From Ferroglobus placidus DSM 10642 (GTDB lineage: Archaea; Halobacteriota; Archaeoglobi; Archaeoglobales; Archaeoglobaceae): DNA of 32,000 nt. The notes under the pieces were generated by a model. That model did no database searches and had not been told where the DNA came from. It worked only from the letters and a program-made list of their open reading frames with translations. Both the position numbers and the translations under genes were made by a program. Where the stretch lies: contig NC_013849.1 in NCBI RefSeq assembly GCF_000025505.1, forward strand, positions 420,001 through 452,000, given 5' to 3'. This document shows positions 22,225 through 29,457 of this stretch, piece by piece (the first letter of the stretch is position 1; the number at the start of each line of letters is the position of its first letter).

Positions 22225-22308
22225 GGGGGCGGATCCCGGACTCCTTCTCCTGTGCAATTTACAGGGGAAGGAGGGCCGGGTTTCCGGGTTCGAATCCCGG
22301 CCGCCCCC
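22225..22308 (+). ncRNA. D-arm-less tRNA-like element, copy B (acceptor/T-arm minihelix plus long hairpin); also a candidate att site
   Basis: An 8-bp acceptor pairs GGGGGCGG (22225-32) with CCGCCCCC (22301-08). The T-arm CCGGG-TTCGAAT-CCCGG has a canonical T-loop. In place of the D and anticodon arms there is a CCCGG/CCGGG stem that carries a 13-bp hairpin, CTCCTTCTCCTGT-GCAATTT-ACAGGGGAAGGAG, with one G-U pair on the plus strand. It ends 21 nt before the first gene of the downstream element. Confidence 0.5.
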
Positions 22309-22329
22309 GGAAAAAAAGGAGTGACTACT

Positions 22330-22737
22330 ATGAAAGTAGGTGAGAAAATATATAAGGGTTTTGGTAGGGCCCTTACCAGGGTCCACAGGGCCGTCGCCCC
22401 CCTAGTGGGGGCAGTAAAGTCAGCGCTTGCGTATTTTGTGGAGAGAGTGGAGTTTGAGTACGAAGTCTATAGAACTATTCTGAGTCTTTATCCAGCGACT
22501 CTAAAAGCGGTGTTCAGAGGCGACAGAACAACAGCTACAGAGATCCGAAGAAGTGTGTGGAGGGCCTGCAAACTGTATGCAGCCCTCCACAGCCCAGCGC
22601 CGACGATCAGCAGTCCACCAGCCCAGTATTTAACAGGGTGCATGGACAACACTGAATTCAGAGAACAGCTAGGAGAGCAGCTGAAAAAGGAACTCCAGGA
22701 GCTGCAGGAGCTGGGGAGGGGAGGTGAGAACCAATGA
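22330..22737 (+). CDS. Hypothetical protein (135 aa)
   Basis: ATG at 22330 follows AAAGGAGTG. The stop overlaps the next start (ATGA). The 22213 start in the ORF track would translate the tRNA-like element. Confidence 0.65.
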   Translation: MKVGEKIYKGFGRALTRVHRAVAPLVGAVKSALAYFVERVEFEYEVYRTILSLYPATLKAVFRGDRTTATEIRRSVWRACKLYAALHSPAPTISSPPAQYLTGCMDNTEFREQLGEQLKKELQELQELGRGGENQ

Positions 22738-23252
22738 CCCTCCCCTTAGTTTATAATGATGGCTGGGTCCTCGGGGCCGAGGGCCTCACTCCCGAGGACC
22801 TGGCCTCGAAACCGCAGAAGCAGAGAACAGAGAAGAAGGACGCTTTTAACATTAACTTAGTGATGTCAAAGATAAGCAAAGATAAGGGCAAAAACGGAAG
22901 CAGTGGTAACGGCAGGAACGGCCAGAGAGTCGAAAAGGTCGAAGTAGAACCTCAGGGTACAGTGATTGTCAAGGGAGAAAACGTAGTAATCTCAGAGCGC
23001 AACGGAGCACTAGTGATTCAGCAAAGGTATGTGGAAGTCAAAACGATAATCAGAAAAGTTCTTGTGAGAAGGAGAAGGAACGGAGAGGTTACAAAGGAAA
23101 AAGTAACACAGAAAGTCACAGAGAAACCCTACGTAATAATAGTACCAGCGATGTACAGGGATAACCCCGTTGAATACCTGAAAGCAGTGAAACCAAAGAA
23201 CGGCGGAAAGAGGGTCATCAAGGAGGCTATAGCTCTCCTCAGCAAACTCTAA
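22734..23252 (+). CDS. Hypothetical basic protein (172 aa)
   Basis: ATG at 22734 lies 6 nt after GGAGGTGA and is coupled to the upstream gene. Lys/Arg-rich. Confidence 0.65.
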   Translation: MTLPLVYNDGWVLGAEGLTPEDLASKPQKQRTEKKDAFNINLVMSKISKDKGKNGSSGNGRNGQRVEKVEVEPQGTVIVKGENVVISERNGALVIQQRYVEVKTIIRKVLVRRRRNGEVTKEKVTQKVTEKPYVIIVPAMYRDNPVEYLKAVKPKNGGKRVIKEAIALLSKL

Positions 23253-23306
23253 TTCCGCTTTTCCAGTTTTTTGGTTTTTTTGGTTTTAGGTTGGGAGGTG
23301 AGAAGA
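23253..23306 (+). promoter_or_regulatory. T/G-rich intergenic cassette 1 plus Shine-Dalgarno site
   Basis: ttttccagttttttggtttttttggttttaggttGGGAGGTGagaagaATG. Confidence 0.5.
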
Positions 23307-23972
23307 ATGTCTTCAACTTTTGCCGGAGGAGATTTTGGGTATATTAGGATCCCGCTGGACCAAGGCGCCAGGCTAGTAATCACACATGACACCCTGAAAA
23401 TCTTTCCTCTTGGGACAACCTCCCCTGCCGCACTGGCAGAACCGAGAGCCGCTAGAACAAGGCCAAAAGCCGACACCGTCGCCAAACCCATCACCAAACC
23501 CAGTCCAGCAGAACCGGAAATAGAATCAATCGGGAACAGCGTGGCAGTGGCCGTCAACGGGTTCAGGTTCATTCAGCTGTGTACCGGATACTATCCTCGC
23601 TGCAGTGAGCCAAAGATAAGGATATTCGACTGGAATGACTGGGTCACAGTCGCAAGCAGGCGGAGGGGACCATTCTGGCCCACGTTCCGCCGAAAGGACT
23701 GGGTGCTGAGAGAGTTCAGAGCCCGCACCATGCCAGAGAGAATCAAATTCATGGCATGGCTGGAGAGAAAAAGCGTGTATTCACGGACAACCAGGGCCTT
23801 CAGAATTTACCCGGACGGGACACTGGAGAACATCGACTACATCGGGACGGATTTCAGGGACAACATCGAGGTGTACATGAACAACCTGAAGTACGTGGAG
23901 GGAAAGGAGCTGCTAAAGTATTCACCACTTGTCCACAGATTTACAAAGGAGCTGCTGGGAGAGTCTTTTTGA
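23307..23972 (+). CDS. Hypothetical protein (221 aa)
   Basis: ATG at 23307 lies 6 nt after GGGAGGTGA. Balanced composition. No family recognised. Confidence 0.7.
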   Translation: MSSTFAGGDFGYIRIPLDQGARLVITHDTLKIFPLGTTSPAALAEPRAARTRPKADTVAKPITKPSPAEPEIESIGNSVAVAVNGFRFIQLCTGYYPRCSEPKIRIFDWNDWVTVASRRRGPFWPTFRRKDWVLREFRARTMPERIKFMAWLERKSVYSRTTRAFRIYPDGTLENIDYIGTDFRDNIEVYMNNLKYVEGKELLKYSPLVHRFTKELLGESF

Positions 23973-24027
23973 TTTTTGAGTTTTGGTTTGGGTTTTGGAG
24001 TTTTGTTTGATTTAAGGAGGTGGTATT
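23973..24027 (+). promoter_or_regulatory. T/G-rich intergenic cassette 2 plus Shine-Dalgarno site
   Basis: tttttgagttttggtttgggttttggagTTTTGTTTGATTTAAGGAggtggtattATG. The 18-mer at 24001-24018 is identical to 28486-28503. Confidence 0.5.
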
Positions 24028-24696
24028 ATGGGTAAAACTTGGAAGGAGTTGGGGATTAGTAGGAAGAAAGGTGGGAAGAAGAAAAACAAGAAGAGCGGGA
24101 GCAAGCTCAAACCAGTCTGGACTCCTCCTGCACCAAGGAAGAGAGGCACAGTTGAGGAGTTTGAGAACCTCGGCATGAAGGTAGAGTGGGTTGATGGCAA
24201 AGTGATCATCCACCGCAACGGGAGGGTCGAGACCTACAACAACTTCGACGAGCTGAGAGTACCCAGCAGGAAAGGCATCAAAAACCTGAACGTTCAGCAG
24301 CCCAAACCAAATGCAGTGTACACTGAGCACAATGGAGTTAAGTACTACCTCTTCCCCAACATCAACGTTGCGGTTGCCATGCGCGTTACCTACTGGCCCG
24401 ACGAGTCTGAGGTGCAGCCACCAGAACACCTCTTCGGCCCCGCAACCCCTCAGGAATTTGCAGATGCTATAAGAGCCAGAATACAGAGCGGCAGTCTGAA
24501 CCCGCAGGCCGAGAAAATATACAGGGAATACAAGGAGAAGGCGTGGAAACAGCAGACAAGGAAAGCTGTGAGCAGGGCAATCAGGGCTGTTGCAAAGCAG
24601 AATGGGGTGCAACTGCCACCCAGGGACGTCCCGGTATCCCAAGCGCTCATCGAGGAAATGCAGGAGAGAGGTTTTGAGGTTAAGATTAAGGCATAA
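24028..24696 (+). CDS. Hypothetical protein (222 aa) with basic N-terminus; shares a domain with the 26690-27010 product
   Basis: ATG lies 5 nt after AAGGAGGTGG. KYYLFPNINVAVAMRVTYWPDESEVQPPEHLFGPATPQEFADAIRARIQSG parallels YSIYHFPNLNLFVKVRYETWLTAKGYQPSESSLKKVTPEFVSKVLAAKIEG. Confidence 0.7.
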   Translation: MGKTWKELGISRKKGGKKKNKKSGSKLKPVWTPPAPRKRGTVEEFENLGMKVEWVDGKVIIHRNGRVETYNNFDELRVPSRKGIKNLNVQQPKPNAVYTEHNGVKYYLFPNINVAVAMRVTYWPDESEVQPPEHLFGPATPQEFADAIRARIQSGSLNPQAEKIYREYKEKAWKQQTRKAVSRAIRAVAKQNGVQLPPRDVPVSQALIEEMQERGFEVKIKA

Positions 24697-24744
24697 TTGG
24701 TTATTCTTCTTCCTGTCAAAAGCACTTTTACTGGAGGTGAGGTT

Positions 24745-25443
24745 ATGGACGAGCTATTTTTTGAAGTTTGCTTTGGGTGTTGGGGCCTATCCCCTGCACC
24801 CAGAACCATTATCTGCCACTGGGATGGAGACCACATCCCTGCTGACATGAGCATCAGACTGTATGCCCCATTCTTCCCTCCTAACAAATACAAAAAATAC
24901 ACAAGGAATTTTACCAAGATAGACTTCAGAAATACCAGAGACAATGTGATCAGTACGGGATCTTTAAGGATATACGTACTGCCTGTAACCGACAGAGATG
25001 TGAGGGAAATAGCAGGTGTGGAGCACAGATTCCACAGCTCCAGCAAGAGTGCTGTACCTCTACTGCTTCTGGTGAGTGAAAGCGGTAATGAGTGTGCTGT
25101 CAAAGCTTACCTCTACATTGATGATCTTGACGCTGACGACTTTGAAGTTCTGGAAAAGCTCGTAGATCACTACCAGTCCGTATACAAAAACTTCGCTGTT
25201 ATCGTTCCAGTTTATCTCGGGACGAATGCTCACAAGTCAAGGTATCCCACAGAGCTGAGAGAGCTCTCTATAGGGTTTGTCGGGAAAATGGCTGAAAGAG
25301 GGATAGACGTGTATATAATCCCTCATGCGGAGGGAGTCACGGGGCCTTTCATCACTTCCAGACTGCCCCAGGTTGATGTGGATAAATTACACGTGCTCCC
25401 CAGAATTTACCAGCCCGCATGCAGGGAGGTTAAGGGACACTAA
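24745..25443 (+). CDS. Hypothetical protein (232 aa)
   Basis: ATG at 24745 lies 5 nt after GGAGGTGAGG. No family recognised. An acidic DDLDADD motif follows an SESGNE motif, but a Toprim-like reading is too weak to call. Confidence 0.65.
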   Translation: MDELFFEVCFGCWGLSPAPRTIICHWDGDHIPADMSIRLYAPFFPPNKYKKYTRNFTKIDFRNTRDNVISTGSLRIYVLPVTDRDVREIAGVEHRFHSSSKSAVPLLLLVSESGNECAVKAYLYIDDLDADDFEVLEKLVDHYQSVYKNFAVIVPVYLGTNAHKSRYPTELRELSIGFVGKMAERGIDVYIIPHAEGVTGPFITSRLPQVDVDKLHVLPRIYQPACREVKGH

Positions 25444-25444
25444 G

Positions 25445-25972
25445 TCAGCGAGGCCTTTGCCGGTAGTCTTCGGACACAGGATAGCTGTTGAACTTTATCC
25501 TGCTCTCACTCATCAGAACATACACCACACCCTCCCCCTCTTCGATGTTCACCCTGAACTCGATGCTGTATTTGTCTCTCACCCTCTCAACAACCTCATC
25601 CACCGTCTCCGGTGGGTCAACAACTTTTGCCCGCAGGTCGTCGATGCAGGCAAGAATCTCTCCACGCTCCATACATATCTCTGCAATCTTTTTCAGCAAC
25701 TCATCACTGAACCCAACTTTGAGGGGGACAATTTCGCAGCCATCCGGCATCCCGTAATCAAACATCTCGAACACTGGGTTTATGAGTTCCGACACCTGCA
25801 AAATGCCGCTGTAATAGCGCCTCAGTGCCAGGGTGTTATCCAGAGCACCGAGGTAGAGGGAAAGAGCCCTTGTAAACTCCCTGCTCAGATCTCCTTTCCT
25901 GAATTTGACCGCTCCCCTAAACGTATCCCACACATCCCTGTCAAGCTTCAGATTCACAAACATATACTCCAT
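25445..25972 (-). CDS. RHH-domain regulator with C-terminal domain (paralog 1)
   Basis: ATG at 25972 lies 4 nt after GAGGTGAT. FVNLKLDRDVWDTFRGAVKFRKGDLSREFTRALSLYL fits the RHH pattern and parallels the N-terminus of the neighbouring gene. Confidence 0.7.
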   Translation of the reverse strand: MEYMFVNLKLDRDVWDTFRGAVKFRKGDLSREFTRALSLYLGALDNTLALRRYYSGILQVSELINPVFEMFDYGMPDGCEIVPLKVGFSDELLKKIAEICMERGEILACIDDLRAKVVDPPETVDEVVERVRDKYSIEFRVNIEEGEGVVYVLMSESRIKFNSYPVSEDYRQRPR

Positions 25973-26027
25973 CAAGATCACCTCACAGCTCCAGAAGCTC
26001 AAAAGAAAGAAAAAATAAAAACAACAG

Positions 26028-26603
26028 CTACAGTTTACCTCCCGTCCTGGCTCTGGTCATCTCGGGAAACTTCTTGCTCATGAACACCACAAACGCCTCA
26101 TCTCTCTTGAACACCGCAAAGTCTTCGCGAAAATCCGGAGGATCACCCTTCCAGAATGACAGTGTAACTTCCAGCACCTCACCTCTGAGCAGCTTTCTGG
26201 CGAGAAGTTCCGGATACATGTCGTGCTGGGGCATCGGCACGGGGACATTTGCTACATAACCGCGACTCCGGTCCTCAATCCTGTACGACCCCTCCTTTGC
26301 CCTCGGCAACACGAGCGAAATCAGATGTGTGAGTATCTTCTCGCTAAACTCACTGCCAAGAGGGTATATGTCACAATCAACGAGTTCCTCAAACTTCTCG
26401 TACTCAAGATCGAATACATTAACAACCGAGTATTTTCCGCCTTTCCTGACAATGACGGCTTCATCTCTCATGATGTCAAGGTACATCTGCAGAGCCTTTT
26501 CAACATTTCTTGCAATGTCTCTCTTCCCGCTTATCGCTTTAATGGCATACCATACATCTTTGCCCACACCCACCTTAACCGCCTTCTTAGCGGCCGCACT
26601 CAT
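26028..26603 (-). CDS. RHH-domain regulator with C-terminal domain (paralog 2)
   Basis: ATG at 26603 lies 5 nt after AGGTGG. VKVGVGKDVWYAIKAISGKRDIARNVEKALQMYL fits the RHH pattern. Confidence 0.7.
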   Translation of the reverse strand: MSAAAKKAVKVGVGKDVWYAIKAISGKRDIARNVEKALQMYLDIMRDEAVIVRKGGKYSVVNVFDLEYEKFEELVDCDIYPLGSEFSEKILTHLISLVLPRAKEGSYRIEDRSRGYVANVPVPMPQHDMYPELLARKLLRGEVLEVTLSFWKGDPPDFREDFAVFKRDEAFVVFMSKKFPEMTRARTGGKL

Positions 26604-26689
26604 TTTAACCACCTATTACTACGTATAGATATAATATTATTTAAAGCTTTTGGTTGGTTTTTTGGTGTTTGTTTGAGGAGGTGGTGTGT
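26604..26689. promoter_or_regulatory. Divergent promoter region plus T/G-rich cassette 3
   Basis: The AT-rich TATAGATATAATATTATTTAAAG lies between divergent genes. The 24-mer TTTTGGTGTTTGTTTGAGGAGGTG at 26660-26683 is identical to 27035-27058. Confidence 0.5.
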
Positions 26690-27010
26690 ATGCCCAAGTT
26701 GGCGAAATCCAAGCTTGTTAGGATAAACGCCGCCAGAAAGGCGGCCAGGAGAGTTGAGAGGGTTGAAAAAGATGGTGAGGCAAGTAGAGGAAAGAGGGTT
26801 GAGATGGATGGGTCGGTGGATGGGCCGGTGGAGATTCCCGTGAACGGATACTCAATCTACCACTTTCCGAACCTCAACCTGTTTGTAAAGGTCAGGTATG
26901 AAACCTGGCTCACCGCAAAGGGTTATCAGCCAAGCGAGAGCTCCCTGAAGAAAGTTACCCCCGAGTTTGTGTCAAAAGTCCTTGCTGCAAAGATAGAGGG
27001 GCGGCTGTGA
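26690..27010 (+). CDS. Hypothetical protein (106 aa), paralogous domain to the 24028-24696 product
   Basis: ATG at 26690 lies 6 nt after GAGGAGGTGG. See the shared FPN.N..V..RY..W motif. Confidence 0.65.
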   Translation: MPKLAKSKLVRINAARKAARRVERVEKDGEASRGKRVEMDGSVDGPVEIPVNGYSIYHFPNLNLFVKVRYETWLTAKGYQPSESSLKKVTPEFVSKVLAAKIEGRL

Positions 27011-27063
27011 GTAACACCCAACCGGTATTTTGATTTTTGGTGTTTGTTTGAGGAGGTGATATT
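27011..27063 (+). promoter_or_regulatory. T/G-rich intergenic cassette 4 plus Shine-Dalgarno site
   Basis: ggtattttgattTTTTGGTGTTTGTTTGAGGAGGTGatattATG. Confidence 0.5.
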
Positions 27064-27372
27064 ATGTTTAGAGTTAAGGAGTCTGAATCCCGGACTGGAA
27101 GAAAAATAAAGGTTCTGGAGTTCGAGCTTGAGGGCCCGATCAGCCCTCAAGACCTTCCCGAAATTGAGAAGATGCTCCCTGAAATTAGAGGTGCACACGT
27201 GCTCGTGATATCTGGCAGGGGTCCGATATGGCTATACTGCGTTATCTTGCACAAGTATATGCACATGTTCCCGGCCATTGGAGTGTATGATCCCAAACTT
27301 GAGGGAGCGGTTATTGTCGTTTCACACACAAGATATGCGGATGTGGGAACAGTAATCCCGATAGATTCCTAA
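27064..27372 (+). CDS. csx3: Csx3/Crn3-like protein (candidate cyclic-oligoadenylate ring nuclease)
   Basis: The 102-aa product contains HVLVISGRGPIWLYCVILHKYMHMFPAIGVYDPKLEGAVIVVSH. As I remember it, this matches the Csx3 family signature (..ISGRGPIWL...H....H.....VYDP(K/R)L...VV.SH) and the size of Archaeoglobus Csx3. The His-to-Asp spacing of 9 residues (H67/D76) equals my recollection of the catalytic H60/D69 pair. Not verified by search. Confidence 0.65.
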   Translation: MFRVKESESRTGRKIKVLEFELEGPISPQDLPEIEKMLPEIRGAHVLVISGRGPIWLYCVILHKYMHMFPAIGVYDPKLEGAVIVVSHTRYADVGTVIPIDS

Positions 27373-27394
27373 CCCTGCCCGGGGACAGCCGGGC

Positions 27395-27437
27395 CTGCCC
27401 CGGGTCCCCCGGCCCGGGGCAGTATTAAGGGGTTTTT
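27395..27437 (+). terminator. GC-rich stem-loop followed by T-run after csx3-like gene
   Basis: CTGCCCCGGG-tcccccgg-CCCGGGGCAG forms a 10-bp stem. The T-run in ggggTTTTTgttg follows 10 nt later. Confidence 0.45.
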
Positions 27438-27545
27438 GTTGTTGCTGGCTGGATGGTCTGGCAGGGAGTATTCGGCTGGACTGGCCGGGTACTCCGGTCA
27501 GCCCATCGCCTGTTTTGTGGTTGAGGGAAATTAGGAGGTGGTAGT

Positions 27546-28475
27546 ATGGAGAGAGCAAAGGTAAGTGGGAAGGAGGTTGTGTTCCTGTCAGGGGAAGGTG
27601 CAAGCGTTCTGGGATATGCTGTCTGGTACACATTCAGCAGGTTTACAGAGCACAAGGATGTGGTGAAGGAATGGTTCAGCAAGCACGGGCTCGCGGAGTT
27701 CACACCGGAAGACCCTCACCACCCAAACGTGTTCAAGAGGATATGCTCCGAATACAAAGAGAAGAGAATCAAGTCGCTCGGAAGCACGGAGGTGTACCTG
27801 CTGGTCAGGCCCATCGACAGGGCGGGAAGAGTGAGGAAGCTCGTCATGGAAAAACGTTCAGAGGGCAGAAGGCTAAGCTATGAGGTCGTGGGCGAGATAG
27901 CCTACGATGAGGGGGTAGTGAGGTACAGCACCTCCGATCCTGATGCGGAGGAGGTTGCAAGAGAGATCGCAGGAAGATTTGAGAGGGAGAAGGACTGCCA
28001 CACGGAAGAAACACTGCGCAGGGCACTGCTGGACATAATCGAGAGGAGTGGCAAGGTGAAGCTGAAGCCATCCGGCAGCGTGTACTTCATCCCCGCCAGA
28101 GATTTCCACTACATCGAGAAGTTTGCAAGGATAGTGGAGGAGATCAGGCAAAGGCACCCGGACAACAGGACGGAGATATGGTTCGCGCCGATCATGGACA
28201 CCGAGCAGTTCAGGGACATGGTTAAGCTGAAGGTGGAAGACACGCTGCAGGAGACCCTTGATGCTGCGATAAAGAGAATGGTTGAGCTGAGCAGCGATAC
28301 TGTTGATGAGAGGGAGAGGGAGAGGAGGCTGAAGGAGATTGCAGCCACAGTTGACAACGCTGCAAAGGTTGCTGACAGATACAGCAAAATGCTCAGGCAG
28401 TCCTTGAACAGGACTGACAGGCTGCTTGAGAGGGCAAGAACGATTCTGGAAAAGCTGCAGAGAGCTGCTGAGTGA
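27546..28475 (+). CDS. Hypothetical protein (309 aa), alpha/beta N-terminal part plus C-terminal coiled coil
   Basis: ATG lies 5 nt after TAGGAGGTGG. It contains KLKPSGSVYFIPARDFHYIEKFARIVEEI and a long charged helical tail. I cannot assign a family with confidence. Confidence 0.75.
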   Translation: MERAKVSGKEVVFLSGEGASVLGYAVWYTFSRFTEHKDVVKEWFSKHGLAEFTPEDPHHPNVFKRICSEYKEKRIKSLGSTEVYLLVRPIDRAGRVRKLVMEKRSEGRRLSYEVVGEIAYDEGVVRYSTSDPDAEEVAREIAGRFEREKDCHTEETLRRALLDIIERSGKVKLKPSGSVYFIPARDFHYIEKFARIVEEIRQRHPDNRTEIWFAPIMDTEQFRDMVKLKVEDTLQETLDAAIKRMVELSSDTVDERERERRLKEIAATVDNAAKVADRYSKMLRQSLNRTDRLLERARTILEKLQRAAE

Positions 28476-28517
28476 GTTTTCGGTTTTTTGTTTGATTTAA
28501 GGATTGGAGGTGATTGT
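28476..28517 (+). promoter_or_regulatory. T/G-rich intergenic cassette 5 plus Shine-Dalgarno site
   Basis: gttttcggttTTTTGTTTGATTTAAGGAttGGAGGTGAttgtATG. Confidence 0.5.
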
Positions 28518-29225
28518 ATGGAAGAGAGTGTGAGAATTAGGAAGGAAGGTGGAATCATAAAAGTAACCGGGCCAATGGAGGTATTGGCCCGGAAGGGCGA
28601 ACTTGTGATTTATCCCAGAGGAGTCGCCGAAGCCAAAACCAGGACTGAGACCTCCGAACCCGATATCGAAATAGTACTTCCTGGCCTCCCCACCTCGGAA
28701 ATAGTTGTGGTTCCAGAAGAGGAGGAAAAGGAAGAGGGAGAAGAGAAAGAAGGAGAAGAGAAAGAAGAGGTAAAAATCATAGAAACCGAGGAAGGCGACG
28801 TACTCATTTTGTGCAGGGAGAAAGATATCACAACTGAGAGATCACTCGCCCTTGTGAATCTGCTTGTAAACCATGACCTTCAGCGCATTACAATTGTGAC
28901 GGAGAAGAGAAAGATCACTCTGGACGAAATGCCTTCGGGTGTAGATGTACAGAACTGGCTTCAGCTGGCAGTTGACATTGCCACAGGCGTCAGAAGCAAC
29001 AGAAAGCATGACATAGTCGCCTTAAACCCCTGGAAAATCGTAAACGACTTCCCAGCCAGCATAAAGGACAGGGCCGTCAGAGCTGCCAGAAAGCTGGCAG
29101 ACAGGTACGGCTTTGACGAGGAGACAACAGGATTCCTTGCCTGGCGCCTCGCTGCAAAGACGCTGGATGCAGCAAGAACCCAGAGGTGGGAGGACGAGTT
29201 CGCAAGAATTGTACTCTCAAGTTAA
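28518..29225 (+). CDS. Hypothetical protein (235 aa) with poly-Glu/Lys insert
   Basis: ATG at 28518 lies 4 nt after GGAGGTGA. There is an acidic EEEEKEEGEEKEGEEKEE tract, and the C-terminal half looks helical. Confidence 0.7.
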   Translation: MEESVRIRKEGGIIKVTGPMEVLARKGELVIYPRGVAEAKTRTETSEPDIEIVLPGLPTSEIVVVPEEEEKEEGEEKEGEEKEEVKIIETEEGDVLILCREKDITTERSLALVNLLVNHDLQRITIVTEKRKITLDEMPSGVDVQNWLQLAVDIATGVRSNRKHDIVALNPWKIVNDFPASIKDRAVRAARKLADRYGFDEETTGFLAWRLAAKTLDAARTQRWEDEFARIVLSS

Positions 29226-29235
29226 TTTTTGGGTT

Positions 29236-29457
29236 ATGAGATTTAACAAACTGCTTGAAAAAGCAGTTTACGGCACCTTCATCTTGCTCTGGGGATACTA
29301 CTGGCACCACTACTACTCCCTCCTGTCATGGTTTTACGATCACAATCCCGAGTGGTGGGAGCCCCCAGTGTACTTCCATGTGGTGGCGATTGAAAGCTGG
29401 TTGCTGATCTCGCTCATTATGCTCACGCTGTGCGCATTCATGCTTGTGAGAAGATAA
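29236..29457 (+). CDS. Small Trp/Tyr-rich two-TM membrane protein (73 aa)
   Basis: MRFNKLLEKAVYGTFILLWGYYWHHYYSLLSWFYDHNPEWWEPPVYFHVVAIESWLLISLIMLTLCAFMLVRR. There is no clear Shine-Dalgarno site, and the start lies 11 nt after the upstream stop. Confidence 0.5.
   Translation: MRFNKLLEKAVYGTFILLWGYYWHHYYSLLSWFYDHNPEWWEPPVYFHVVAIESWLLISLIMLTLCAFMLVRR

Noticed and set aside
21910-22329. Long N-terminal extensions given in the ORF track (21910 start and 22213 start).
   Set aside because: They would translate through the tRNA-like gene and the tRNA-like element. Internal ATGs at 22018 and 22330 have strong Shine-Dalgarno sites at the correct spacing.
23941-26726. Large opposite-strand ORFs 23941-24642 (minus), 24450-25103 (minus), 25325-26083 (plus) and 26223-26726 (plus).
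   Set aside because: Each is antisense to a gene with a strong Shine-Dalgarno site and a plausible fold (for example the RHH N-termini). Their products are His/Pro/Leu/Ser-rich with no motifs.
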